Source: Botryllus schlosseri
Taxonomy: Eukaryota
Assembly (NCBI GenBank): GCA_051294905.1
Contig: CM119378.1
Location: forward strand, 2,420,001 to 2,484,000
Length of the DNA stretch: 64,000 nucleotides
Direction: 5' to 3'
Shown: piece by piece, positions 1-13,845 of the stretch
How the letters are laid out: every line of letters starts with the position of its first letter
Position numbering within the stretch: position 1 is the first letter of the stretch
The notes under the pieces: model-generated
What the model saw: the letters and a program-made list of their open reading frames with translations, nothing else
The model's database searches: none
What the model was told of the DNA's origin: nothing
Made by a program: the position numbers and the translations under genes

Positions 1-559
1 TATCTGCGAAAGGCTGGATACGCCTGGAAAGCATACTGCGTTGGTTCAGGTTTCACAAAGAGGTATAGGGGGCGGAATATGTTCTAATAGGTAAGTACCA
101 AAGCCCTGCTTCGCCCTTGTATATTTTTTTCTTCATTATTTCGATATTTCAAGAATTTAGGTATAGGACCACGGTTGGCGGTCTGATGGAATCTTAGCAA
201 CCTCGCCAGCGCATTGATGCGCGGATTTTCACTGCTGGGGTAAATGGTGACAAAGTCTGAAGGAGTATTGATTTTTTGAGGAGAATAAGTTTGCCATATT
301 GGTTAATAAAATATCCCAGACTGCTCCTAGGCCGTGGAACGGTGGTGTAGTCGGCAAGGGGGGCATCTTACCTCTGGCAATATTGAAGCGACCAGGTTCG
401 AAATGGCATGCCATATGTTTTATCATCTCTTATTAGCACCTCATTCTCCGGAATTTCGGAAATAACGACCCATCGTTATGTAGCCTATTTGCTTCGCGGA
501 ATATGACATGCCATAGTGGTAAATACATGTAAGCGCAATGTAATTGGATACCAGCATGT

Positions 560-686
560 GGTGGGTGTCCGATTCCATAGACAACTCCTAGTCGCTTCGA
601 CATCTTCCTTTCTTTTCATTGTATCGCATTTTTTTATGGTGTATTGAACTGATAAAATTGCTAATAGACCAATGATGATGATGATG
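560..686 (+). repeat. 3' fragment of a dispersed SINE-like repeat with (ATG)n tail
   Basis: gtgggtgtccgattcca...gtcgcttcgacatcttcc...gataaaattgctaatagaccaatgatgatg recurs almost verbatim at ~44308-44429. The tail alone recurs at ~8573-8606. Confidence 0.6.
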
Positions 687-1252
687 TGCCTAACATATCA
701 AATATTAGAGAATGTTGACGGTACTAGATAACAAACTTTGTATACTTTGACAGAATGACTATGACTATACCATACCTAATTTCCCGTTGTAGGTGTTGTC
801 TGCATGCAAATCATATCTGCAACACTGGCAACAGTAGATTTTGTGTAATTGTTGGGTGAGAGCGTACAAAGCGTATGTCTACTGATTAATATTTATATCG
901 TTACTGAGCTGACTAACGGACTTAATATCCTTCCGTTCAATGCTACATCGTTACAGGACATGACAACGACTCTATGCGTTGGTGTCAAACAATTGACACG
1001 AAGAAGACTATACGATATGATCATAATAACTCGTACATACTTACAGAAATTTATGCATCATGCTTTTGCTACATCGGCGACGGTGCGTGTATTTTAGTTA
1101 TCTGCAAGTATCCAAAACTGTAAGATCTGAAATACAAGAGCATAACACCAGTTCTGTCATTAATCTATAAGAGATTGCCAGCCGTAATAAGTTCAGAAAC
1201 TCTGGTGAATATAGTTGCGAGCCAATCAAGTAACAACAGCTAAAGGCTGCGG

Positions 1253-1876
1253 CAGTGGTTCTCAACCGGGGTTCCGCGAAGCATTATCAGGGGGTCCGCG
1301 AAGTCTAAAAATAGTTGATAACCTAATTTGTATTTTTTAAATTCGGAAAATCACCAGACAGTTTCGCTTCATTACTAGTAAAACTACAGAGCTCACATCA
1401 ACAGAATTGGCCGACTGAGATGACATATCCTACTGTACAGACTCTTTTTAATTTCTAAATTGCCAAAATAGCCTACTAATACAAACATTTTACTGTTTAG
1501 GGATGTTTTGTTGAGGATTGTGAAAAAAAAATTGTACGAGTAAGGTCAATCACGGCGGCTTCGAAATATTCACAAAATCCATTTTCTCCTGTTATATACA
1601 TAACAATTTATCCCATAGTACCTTCAAGATAAGCTGCTATAGATAGAAATGACCAGGCTTGACGTTATACGTCCATTTAAAAAAATTGCTTGTCAACTTT
1701 GGTGTTCATATTTGTTGCGATCATACCCAAATGTGTCGTCAGAAGTGTTACGCGTTATTTTTACATTCACCACAACCTATATTTGTGGAAATGGATTTTC
1801 GGCACTTGTTCATATGATATCGAAGGCGGGGATTTCCAAGATACGACCGATAAGACAAAAAGGTTGAGAACCACTG
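1253..1876 (+). mobile_element. Internally deleted hAT (Charlie/Buster-like) DNA transposon
   Basis: TIRs CAGTGGTTCTCAACC / GGTTGAGAACCACTG. Degenerate 8-bp TSD GGCTGCGG/GACTACGG. ORF 1649-1867 contains YPNVSSEVLRVIFTFTTTYICGNGFS, resembling the hAT C-terminal dimerisation motif (PF.TTYLCE.GFS). Confidence 0.8.
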
Positions 1877-2019
1877 GACTACGGTCTCGCGTAAAGCAAC
1901 TGCATTATCTGATGATATCTGTTCAACGCGGAAACGAGGTAGGAGGTACTGTCAATATTGTTCCCTCGTTATGCATAATCCCAAAAGGGCCTGGATGGGC
2001 GACCAACAAATCGCTACTC

Positions 2020-2532
2020 AAACGTATAGAAGAAGCTAGAAATCGTATGTATCAGCTCCATTGATATCCCTCTCCCTTAAAACTCAATTATTTCTAAAGC
2101 TTCTACAATAATCGTAGGCTTCGCTTCCAATCCAAAGCTCATGATTACAATACACGCGCGTACTCGTCGAAATACCATGTTCAACGCGGATTTCAAGACA
2201 ACCAATCGCTCTATCAAGAATGACAGACAAGGAACAGTATTTCGCTGACATTCGTATAGTATTTCCGCATTAAAGTCTAACTACAAACAGATTCTAACGA
2301 GTATAGTGATCGCTTGAGATTACAGGTATACTCGATTCGGCAAATTGCTTATCGATCTGCTTCTCGCTCCTTCATGTTCAACTGATTATAGCTTGTCTTT
2401 TTTATGTTATCTCACATTAGGGAGTAAAACTAAAAATACCTCCGGCCCTTTGCTTTCTAACATCAGCGTATAACCAGGTGGCCTCGCCACATCTTTTTGT
2501 TTAATAAACAACAACAACGACAACAACAACAA
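2020..2532 (+). mobile_element. Decayed 3' end of a CR1/L2-type LINE
   Basis: Degenerate match to the ORF2 C-terminal KLEI...MYQ...H.YNTR pattern also seen at 42095-42260. Ends in AATAAA plus a (CAA)n tail. Confidence 0.5.
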
Positions 2533-3400
2533 GCTGTCCTTACGGGCTGTCACAGTTTACGGATCGCTCAGACAACAAGAATTTCCAGCAAGCAGTCTGC
2601 AGCACACAATCGGGCACGAAATTGTACGTATAGAATCACAGCACTCGACATCGCAGCCACGAAATTAAACATACTCGCTAAGTCTGATAAAGATAGAAAT
2701 ATTGCTGCGTATATATGGTAACTATAGTCAGATGGCAGTAGCCTGTCGCTAGCATACCCAGCTCAGAAGATAGCATCGTGAAAATGCACTTCCTCGTAGT
2801 TGTTTAACATGCATGTCATACGTAGAAGAAGGATAAGGCATAAATATCATATGTCGCAGATACGAGTTTACTTATTTGGATATCAGAAGATTTAATAGAC
2901 AAAGAAGAATCATTACATTGTACCGATTCTGTGGATGGATGTATCGTTTACAATCATTATTTTGCGGTTTGGAGTAAATGAATAAGATGCTGACATATTC
3001 ATTCAGCTGAGTCGATGATAAATAGCAATTCACCCACCTATGATTCAACCTACATCAGCCATTATCGTACCTCTTCCTACTATAATATTATAGTTAGTTT
3101 CACTGTACATGTACACTATTGTACACTTGTACAGTAATTCTAATCTGTGCAATTAAACTGTAATTACGTTAAAGCAATATGTCGCAACGATAACCGAGTC
3201 AATTGCTTGTTTTATGACCACTATGATCCGCGACAACCCCAGTTCTGAATAACGCTAAATTTACTAAAGAATATACGAATATGCCAATAGCAATATGCCT
3301 GGTAGGCTTCTAGTGTACAATACATACACGCGACACAAACATTCAATTCGTGGGGCGGGTTATTACCAAGTCGGATTAAGAAGTCGAAAGTCGTCTTTGG

Positions 3401-3751
3401 TAGGCTTACCATATTTTGGAAATCTAAAAGGGGGACACTTTTTCAGAAATCCCTGGCTTGCAAAACCGGAGAGGAATTCCCAAAAACCGGTGAATTTATC
3501 CCACTTTCTGATCGGCTGACTAAAAAAAAGGTCTTTTCTCCGCTCAGAGCTCAAAATACCGTTCTTCTCTCCGCATTGCTAGGTGGTTGACTGAGAAAAA
3601 AAAGGTCATCTTTCCGCTCAGTGCTCAAATCACCGTTTTTCACTCCGAAATACCCGCCGGCCTTAAAAAGCGGGACGTTTGGCTGACTGGTCGGGACAAG
3701 ACGTTAAAAAGCGGGACTGTCCCGCCTAAAACGGGACGTATGGTAAGCCTA
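3401..3751. mobile_element. hAT-type MITE (TAGGSTTACCATA family)
   Basis: TIR TAGGCTTACCATA / TATGGTAAGCCTA. Perfect 8-bp TSD GTCTTTGG (3393-3400, 3752-3759). Subterminal GGGAC repeats. Confidence 0.9.
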
Positions 3752-5615
3752 GTCTTTGGCATAGTCAATAAATAGTATATCAATTCCGCTGTTTCGCTCA
3801 TTCTCCATTTGCATTCCAATGTCGCCTCTTTCGCCTTTTACTATCATATTAATGCTGATAGAAGTGAGTTTTGGGCGCTTAGACTTCGCAAAGACGAACG
3901 TTCGACACTTTTCTAGATCCTTGTATTGAGTTTTGAAAGGATGGTAATGATAAGATAGGATAATGAGCGAAGCTTCAAACTTGGCTAGCAAATTCATCAG
4001 TACTAGTCACTGCAGTCTGTGGTGTAATCAAATCAATCCCGGGTAAAAAGTGAAAAGCTCTTCTGCAAAAATACGGACGAGCGGCGCTAAATGACGTTTC
4101 CGATTATGACATCGTATCACACAGCAGTCCATCTCTGAACTTACAAGTTAAAGTTATCGACATACATAGAGTTTGACCAATAGATACCGCATGACGCTTA
4201 TGGAATGCACATAAAGCGAAAGCTTTGTACAGCTTTACATCATACACAACTTTCGCTAGTAAGCCCATCAGTATTCTCTATATACGTATCAGCGTTCTTC
4301 GTTACGCTGTCTAGCATTCTTCGCAAACGGAGTATGTATAAACCTTACTAATTCACAAAAGTACGGTTTCTGAAACAATTTGCGAACTGTTGGTGCTGTC
4401 GTTAGTCCTCGACACGTCAATAGCGTTTACTAATCCAGAAATATGTACCAGAAGTGAAAATGGCCTCACGCTTCAACTAAATATACATTCATGACTCATG
4501 CAACTCATATTTCTTGTCACTATACGCAGTTGCAGCAGCAGGCCTTGTGGTATTAAGTAGAACGGGTATGTCAACCTAAGGAATAACGAAAGATTTAACG
4601 TATCAGCGTAATAAACACATCAAGCCAAACACGATGACAATGTACTATAGGTGTAGTTGTATAGGTGTAGGTATACTAGGTCGAGGCCTAACACTGCATT
4701 TAGGATGCATTTTGGTACCATTGTAACTTAGCCAATAGTTTGTATTGCATTGTGGCATCTTGTAGCCTTTCAATCGTTGGTATTATCCGTGACGTTTTGT
4801 GACACGTCAATGCCACATACCAATACGTGTAACGGCATGATTCCTGCAGAAATCTTAATGTTTCACTCAACAATATATCTGTCTTCCTAGCCAAAAATAC
4901 ATATCGTATAGAGCCGGTTTTAATATCTACGCTGTCAGTAGCATTGCGCTGTCTGCATGACCAGACATCTTCCTGAAACTGAACCCATTGTGTGGTGAAC
5001 GCAATACGCAGCATTCATAAACACCCGGATTCATACTCGATTGCATGAGTCATGGATGATCTAAATGCGGTTTTATCAGAAGAACCTGCACTAGCGACGC
5101 AATCTTAGTGCGGAAATATTCGTTCAAGTTTTCAGGCTAGCGCCGTATGTGTCAAACGGGGCGCAAATGCGTAACTCATCAAACAAATTTAGTTTCACAT
5201 TCTCATCGACAACCGCGCGTGACTCGGCGGTGCGGTATCGCTTTATCCCCTTGTGGTCTCTTATGATCTGATTTGACGATGTAAATTTCACTGGTGTCAT
5301 TTCCCCGACAAGCCATTTCAGGGTCTCTCTGCGTCTGCGCCACGAATCGGGTGAGCGCCAGTGAATTCGTTGTACGTGTAATTGTGTAAATGTGTATATG
5401 TGTTGTTGAATTGTGCAATGTGCCTTTATGTATATTCTTCTTGGTCAACTATATGTCTATAATAGCCTTACAACAGGGGAGGGTAACTTTTTAGCTCGCG
5501 GTCCGCATTCAAGATATTAATCCATTCGCGGGTCGCACTATATAAAATTGGGATTATAAACCAAAACGCAATATTGATATTGATTATGAGTGAAGATATG
5601 GAAATTATTTATATT

Positions 5616-6070
5616 TAGTGCGGAGCGGATCCACAAATTCTCTGGTCGTACTCCGAACCTGTGTTTTAAATCTCTGGACCGACCTCGGTCCGCCTCCGTG
5701 GCCGGATTTTGGAAATGACCTTGATCCGGTCCGAAAAACTCCGATAATAAGTATCTACTCACGGGATGGTAGTGAATATTGATTGAAATAATGCAAACAA
5801 GACATTAAAAACTCAAAGATCAAACCCATCTCTTATCTGAAGTAATTATGCCAACTTGGACATAGCATGTGGTTTATTTCCATGAACGTTTCACTTTTAC
5901 TATTGATTCGAGGGTGGAAGAGGGTAAGGCTGTCATATTCTTAGTAAAAAGTACTGATCGGGCTCCGATCCGACTCCGGTCGTATCACAAAAACTTCTGA
6001 TCCGGCTCCGGCCAAAATTGAGAAAATCCGGCCGGATATCGAATCCGGCTCCGATAGATGCTCCGCCCTA
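5616..6070. mobile_element. Probable hAT-type MITE with subterminal TCCGG/ATCCG repeats
   Basis: Imperfect TIR TAGTGCGGAGC / GCTCCGCCCTA. Clusters of TCCG motifs near both ends. TSD is degenerate. Confidence 0.55.
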
Positions 6071-7007
6071 TTGTATCTAAAAACCAGACCAACCATTGAT
6101 TTGATGATGTACACGCGTCAGAGACATTGGCGAGATTTCATAATCTGGCCAACCTCAATAACTAATTTTCAAAACTAGGGATGAAAGTCGGTTGTCCCGA
6201 TTCTTAGAACAGAATGGATATTTGAATCGGTGAGCAGTGATCTGTTTATAGATTTGTCGATTTTACTTTTGGTTCAACTCCAGGACACACAATGATGACA
6301 GTGTTATAACCATTTTGGCTTGAGATATACTTTCCCACTAAAATTTGTGGATGTTATAAATACAAATACTTCTGCATATACAGAGGAAGAATCTACCTAG
6401 TAGGGGTGGTTTGAACCTCTGAACGCGAACCTTTTTGAAAGGTTCTGTGTGAACGCGAACGTGAACCTATGACGTTATGTGACGTCATATTGCTAATTCC
6501 GACTCTACGTTTCAGTTGAGAGATATATTAAAGTAGGCTGCATGATACCCAACGACGACTCAGGTCACATTATGTCCCAATGCTGAAATACATGCTGACT
6601 TTACCGTCACCAAATTTATCAATTGAAACAATCAAATGATGTAATAATCCCATATAATTAATATCTTCCGTCGCTTTGCCAACAATTTCGACGAGGACTT
6701 GCAAGGAAATATAAGCTTACGCATTAACGGTCTAGGCCGCAGGGCAATGCATTCGGTGTCTGACGATATTGCTATTGCTACATTGATATTGAGCAGTGAG
6801 TCCGGTTTCTATACTTGCTACCGATATTACCCCATTAACAAGTTATACAATAGCCGACACCCAAACGCACGGATTTGGTTTTTATGATACAATAAACATT
6901 TTAAATGAGGATGGATCCTGAACACATGCTAGATTTTTTGCATTAGACAACGATGTCTTCTTTATATCAATTTTATTGATTGGTTGGTTGAATAAGCATC
7001 ATACGCT

Positions 7008-8443
7008 AGTAGTGTAATCGCTCGCTGGCGAGGCGTAAAATACCGGAAGTCAAGAATGTTGTATTTCGAGTCACAAATGTCGCATTTCGGAAGTCAGAAA
7101 CGGTGCATTTTGAGCTAGCTAGCAGTCGAAAATCGACCTACGGAGCTTCGAAAAAGCGTCATTGTGCGCTTCCCGCGATCGATTTTGAAAACAGGTGTTT
7201 TAATGCGAAGTGACCTACATATTCTGCGGAGACAAATGACTATGGTATCCTGTCCACTGAAATCACTACGCGAATTGCTTCCCGTGGAACAGGTTGGACT
7301 AGAAGCAATCCGTGAGCGTAAAACAGGTGTTTTAATGCGAAGTGACCTACATATTCTGCGGAGACAAATGACTATGGTATCCTGCCGAGTCCAATAAATA
7401 CCTGTGGTAAATGTGATACGGGGAATCAAAGTTTGACAAGCTGCATGTATAGGACTAACCATGCACGCGTTAAAATGCACGGCTCTTGCGCTAAGTAGAC
7501 ATGATAAATCTACAATCGCTCAACACCAAACTGACTCTGTATGACAGAATTATTACGCGTGGATATACAATCACTGTGTTAATTTTCACATCCGAAATCC
7601 AGATGATCTTATCTCAAGCGAATCCATGTGATATATTGCAATATATCGTGATGCTGTGTTGCAGAATCTTATGATGTGATTATCAGCTAATATTTCACAA
7701 GCCTAATCGTTTACACTAATCAAGGCCACCAAACAGCAGTATCAAGGGTTGAAACCATGCCACTCGATCAGTGATCCGGTTTTTTCCTGTGTCAAAATTG
7801 AGTTTCTGGATATGGTATCACCTTTGCGTCCCAACATGTCGACATGTTACAACCCAACAGATTCAATTACTGAAATATCACTTACACCGCACCTTACTCG
7901 ACAAACTCAAACAGTGTATGTATATGATTAAAAAAAACAAAGGTTGCATGAGCATAAATCACTGTAACCAGCAACCTAAATAAATCCTGGTTATATTTAT
8001 GTTCCAACGACCTGTCTTTTTTATTTAACTGTAAAAGGAGTTCATATTCTGTGGGACAAATGACTCGGGTATCCTGTCGAGTCCAATTATTTACTATGGT
8101 AGTTATATCGCAAATGTAATACGAGGATGCACCGTTTCGCAAGGCGGATGTCGGCGCTCAACACCCAACTGACTGTTTATGACAATATTACACCACGATA
8201 TACAATCACTGTGTTAATTTTCCACCCCAGAATCAAGGTGATTTTATCTCAAGCTCACCTAGACATGGTAATATGTTATCTTCATTAATTTTAAGTGTTT
8301 CTCGGGTGTAGTATGTCAAAGAATTCACAAAATGATTTGAAACTCAACTCAATCAGTGATCTGTTTTACCCGTGTCAAAATTGAGTATTGGAAAATGCTA
8401 TCGCCATTGCATCCGAAATATCGACATCTTACAAAACCTAACA
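7008..8443 (+). repeat. Left terminal inverted repeat (1436 bp)
   Basis: Reverse complement of 13846-15281. No indel, and no mismatch in the stretches compared by eye. Confidence 0.97.
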
Positions 8444-8747
8444 GCACAAGAGCGATATATTCACAGTCAAATATGGGAACCATGAACAATAATGAACCCC
8501 GATTTTCGTTGAATATTCACAACACCGACAAATCGATACATATGTTTACCACTGACATTGACTGACACTGACAATTGCTAATAAACCAATGATGATGATG
8601 ATGATGAACGCGATATCAGTCTTCATCTCGCAGAAACACCCCTACCTGAATTACATTATCGGTGTTGTGAATATTCAACGAAAATCGGGGTTCATTATTG
8701 TTCATGGTTCCCATATTTGACTGTGAATATATCGCTCTTGTGCTGTT
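8440..8747. repeat. Fold-back/MITE-like element with 89-bp perfect inverted repeats
   Basis: 8440-8528 is the exact reverse complement of 8659-8747. The 130-bp spacer contains a SINE (ATG)n tail fragment. No TSD found. Confidence 0.85.
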
Positions 8748-11562
8748 CACTGCATCGATAGCCTCTATGGTATATATTTTATCGAATAACCATTTAACAA
8801 GACTGTTAGTGGAAATGCGGTTATCGTTTCAGGTGCAACCATATCGTCTAATTATGACAGACAGTAAACTATCAACTGTAAAACAATTGTACAACTTCAA
8901 GTATTTCGTACTAATGTCGGTGACTTCTAGCATACATGATGATAGAATCAAAATATTTCCAGAACGAGGTAGCATCTATCAAACTTTATTTACACACAGT
9001 TTTCAAACCACAACTACACACGTAACATCTTCTTCAAGTACTTGTATGAGTGAACTGAACCACAGTGGAGCACGGGGGGGAATTTGTAGAATCATACACA
9101 TTGTAACATTTTGTATTGACGGTGTATCGACGTGTAGTTGAAGTTATACATTATTCATTGGTTTTCGTTTATCACTGATTGCAAAATCAATCGTATTGTG
9201 TCTCGAAAATGCTTAAGCATTAATCCTAACAAGTGAAGCACGGCGTGATATCGTAGAGTCTAGATTCACCGTCGTACACACACACACGCACGCACACACA
9301 GATTACACACAACCATATTTTACCGCTCGGTCACTACCAATCACGACTAAAAATTAGGTTCACGTGCTTCCATCGTAATGAAATACCTATAAACACCTGA
9401 AGCCAATTATTGCGCAGAATGTGAGTGCTATGCGCGATTTTTATTGGTCTGCTGATCACATCGAAATCTGCAATATATTGCCGACTACAGTTGCCGTTAG
9501 TATAACTAATATGAGTGTGAGACAGATTTGCACGTCTTATCCAGAGTACTGATTTGCTTTATCGCGTGGGTGAACACTGAACATATTGTTCATGTGATGA
9601 AACAAGATCATTATCCAAATGCAAATGTGTATATTACGCGTTCGGTCTAAAGCAACGCAAAAGAGATGGGCCTTTTAGGAAATCGCGTTGTATACCTCGT
9701 TCTACGAAAATCCATAGAATACCACATGTAAATAGAATCGAAATATCTCAACTCTTTATGCATTCTGTCGAATCGACACAGTTTTAATACGGTTCCTGGG
9801 TATGCCATACACACTAAAATCATAAACAGGTCTCGATGATATTGGTGTCGTAATGATACCAATAAAAATAATAATTAACTGTAGCTGTTCAACAAAATCA
9901 GAATATTGGTTCCAGTGTTCGATGAAAATGATAGATTGGACTTATGCTTTCGAGGTTGGTGAAGAAAATTAAATATTTAACATCGTGAAAGCTTGCGATA
10001 AAATAAAGGTAATACATTCGTGGTTTAAATTAGGCTGTGACTGTGACGCCTTGATGTATGCTTTAATCCACATACGGACTTGACGCTCAAGAAACACTTT
10101 CACGTTGTTCACCAGTTCAATTAAAACAACATAATACTGTACTAAATACTGTTGTACGATTTATCGCGAACCGACGTGAGTGTAAAATGATAATTTTAGG
10201 ACCATGTACATGAATGTTATCCGTCGTGCTAAACCTGAAACACCACATTTTTCGTGTAGGCGTATATCATGGTTGTCGGTATTCCGTTTATCCACACAAA
10301 AATCATGCTTCAAAATACTCCCAGGGAAATTTAATATTGCGATAACTAAATTTTGTAGGATCACAGGTTCTGGTATAGGCTACAGTGTTTTCAACTGACC
10401 GAGTCGCGTATTAGTTGTCGTTAGTATGAACTATTATTGTGAGTGGCAGGATTTGTGTGTCTTACGCAGAGTGTTGATTTTATTTAACAGGAGAGTGAAC
10501 ATATTATTCATATGGGAACAAGGCAGCTGTCAAACGCGAATGGAGAAAGGTATGCGGAGTAGCTTTATAACCAACCAAGCAACGGTTTTGCAATATTGTA
10601 ATATATAGTATACTCGACTATTTAGAGAGACATACATTATTCTGTACCTTCGTTGTTGTGACCTAAATAACTACTTGGTATAAAAATCAGTTGAGTATGA
10701 CAATTCATATCTGTCGCAGTTGAATGTTTAACCTTTTCGAAATGAATCCGAATACATGAAGTATGCATTGACCACATTCGAATACATTGAGCGTGTTTTG
10801 TATGAAAGTCATTTCCAACGCGCTTACCTCGATCCGAATTAATTCCATGTCATACAAAAACATGAATTGTATTAATTACCGACGACATCACGAAACTAAA
10901 AACCTAACAAGCTATAATTTAAGTCATTCGTTTGCCTGTGCTTTAGGTATAGATCAGTGGTTCTTAACCTTTTCTCTCCGGTGTCCCTTTAAAAAAATTA
11001 CGTGGGTCTAGCGGCCCTATTTTAAGGACTGTAGTAAAAACAATGGGTAAATGGTCGAAGTCCGGTTTCGGTTTGGCAATTCACTATTAGACCTCTCGAC
11101 TAATTAAAGGTATAATTGTATGTGCTATTTTCGATCATATCCAGGTTGTTATAACAACCATAGGGTAACTTATACAGTCTTCGGGGTGGATATGAGAAAA
11201 CGATTTACTGTATGGGCCGGATTCCCAAATTGATACATTAATCGCGTATTTGTCCACCGATAGCAGAAAGGAATCGTATTTAATGTTAGTGTTAAGATAC
11301 AAAAACACTAGTCAATAAAATTATTAACGTAATGTACTTCAATAGCTGTTGAAGTCAATCAGACATCTGTGGTCGATCAAAGTTGTCGACAAGTTCTTTG
11401 AACTCTGGCTGCATGTTAGACGCACAAATTCTTAGTAAAGACTGTACGTGAACATAAGTTAGATTGGAACGTCTTGTTAATGTTTATGATCGAAAATGTT
11501 TCACGCAAATCCATGCAGATTCGTGTAGCGGGGCACATTGTCATGTAAGATAGGTATCTGTC

Positions 11563-11838
11563 AGTGGCGAGATAGCGCAGTGGTATAATCAGCGGCTACA
11601 ACACCAGTGGGTGCGGGTTCGAGTCCGACCGAGGTCGACTTTCGAGTGTCTATACTTAAGTGTTGGAGGTTTACCTAGGCTCCTCCTCGCCACAACATCC
11701 GTGTCATCGGTTTCTAACAAACCTAGAGGTGGGCCGTGTTACAAGTCGGCAGTTACGGAAAATAAGAATAATATCGGCCTTGTGTAAATGACCATCGCAG
11801 TCGACAAACACCATGAATACCCCAAAACAAACAAAACC
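11563..11838 (+). mobile_element. tRNA-derived SINE
   Basis: A box TAGCGCAGTGG, B box GGTTCGAGTCC, (CAAA)n tail. Perfect 10-bp TSD GGTATCTGTC (11553-11562, 11839-11848). Confidence 0.85.
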
Positions 11839-13845
11839 GGTATCTGTCCGCGGACCGCTCAAAATCACGTCGCGGGGGCGGATCCAACAAGTTGCTAAAC
11901 TAATCGAATTAATGTTAGGAAATCAAGTTCTTTTAATGGTTCGCATTTTGTGAAGTTAATTATTTTCGTAGATAAAGTGGAAAAAAGTATGTATCGATGG
12001 ATCGAGAACACATTAACCCGATTTTGGAGTAGTCCATATTACGATTTATTTATTGTTCGGCATTTTACATATAACTCAAGTCTATCCCACTAGGTTCAAC
12101 GTCGCAAACATATTTCTATTTGCTTTCGTGGTGATCAAAGTGTTTTTTAAAACTTTACCACGCTGGGTAGAGAGGATGAAACGGAATTAAGTATTAATCA
12201 ATCAGTGGTATGCAAAATCAAGTTAATAATTTATTTCTACCAGAATTTTTATGTACCTTTGGTATCTTGTAAATATGAAGATGGTAGTGTGTGATAAGCA
12301 TTTGCATTATGGGGGTGAGTAAAACGGACCTTGAATTTGATCTGACCAAAATCAACCTCGCGTCACACAAAAAACATCAATTATATTATAAGTGTAATAT
12401 CGAAAAAATTCCTATTGTGTTATATGATGTGCGATATCGAAAATAACAATTGTATTATATGATTTTTTGATATCGAAAAAATAACAACACAGCGATTAAT
12501 AATTTATGTTGGTCGTTCGTCGGTGCTTTAGGTGTTGATTGATAAGTAGAGTAAGTGATATTTTGGATATGCGCACTAAGTTGAAAACTCAGTGATGCTT
12601 CTGTGTATTGCTGAATTTAGCTATGTGTGGGTAAATTGGTAGTAATTCAATCACAACTCAAATTCATATTAATCGAAAAATACCTTTCGGTGATTTGGAT
12701 TTTGTGTTAATATTTGGCTCCATTACTGCGAATGAACAGTGATACAAAACACCAGATTACCAGATTCACCATATTACGGTGTACAATTCCGATTTCTTTG
12801 ACGTTCCGAATTCAACATATAAAGCAATAACTTTACCCAACTAGTTTAAGCATAATCCCAATTTGTTTTGTGATCATGAAACTTTGTGAAATCGCTGTAT
12901 CTCGCCATATTTTACATTGAGCGTGTTGGATGGTGCTGCGAATAGACTCAAGCATTAATCAAGCCACCATATGTCATATCTCACGCGCTTCGAATAGTGA
13001 TCATACGAACCGATGCACATTGCGATATAACGACGCTATGAGTATCTGTTTAGCTTCCCGTCACAAGTATACCGATAATATGACTTGTGTGAGTTGGTGC
13101 ATTCGACATTAACCATATTACTGTTTTATCTTAAGCTCTATTACAACTCTCAAGTTCGTAAAATATTATTTGATAATCACATATTGCCATTCTGTAAAAA
13201 ACAGTGGTAAGATAGTGAGAAACAGAAAAATTCCCGACGAACCACTTTTCATACATACTATATAGTCTAGTTGTATTTTTTCAGATCGAGGTGCTAATGA
13301 TGATGTTTATGAAAAGTTTGTTCATATCATAACACCCTTCCCTACAATGTAAGATGTGGTACACATTAAATCATTTTAATTGAGTACTGATCGGATAGTT
13401 GAATCTCGTGTTGCGAATAAATTGGGTAATATGTAATCCGTAAAGAATTTGCTCGCATTACGATAGCTTACATTATGATACATGGATTCACTTGCGACAA
13501 AATATATCTCAATCTATCATTGGTCAGACATTCGCATCTCGTATACTCAATATACAACATGTTAATCTCAAAGTCACAATGTTGGATGTAATGAACATTT
13601 TATCAATCACTTTTCCGTCTTTGCGATGATGGAAGTGTTTGTGATAAATCTGTAGACCCAGAATGTTTTACATTAGGGACGTTATATAATACGAAAGAAT
13701 TCAAGCAATATCCAACCCGCGACATGCAAAACCGGCCACACGCTATATGCTCGCGCAACTTTTATTTTATCGTACATACAACGGGTAAGTTAGACGGGAA
13801 GGTATAACCGGATATAACACATGGTGATCTGTCAGTAATTGACCT

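Noticed and set aside
7188..7384. Repeat-spacer-repeat pattern reminiscent of CRISPR
   Set aside because: Only two perfect 65-bp copies, eukaryotic context, no cas genes. It is a TIR sub-repeat.
7115..8142. ORFs of 60-121 aa duplicated in both TIRs, one with an internal peptide repeat
   Set aside because: By-products of the DNA repeats inside the TIR. Mostly non-ATG starts and no recognisable domain.
8698..9141. 147-aa ORF in the Polinton-like interior
   Set aside because: Starts inside the fold-back arm at TTG and shows no viral or host motif I can recognise.
11563..11640. Possible tRNA genes here and at 18372, 52672 and 60452
   Set aside because: A/B boxes are present but there is no complete cloverleaf. 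Each continues into a repeated body with a simple-repeat tail, so they are SINE heads.
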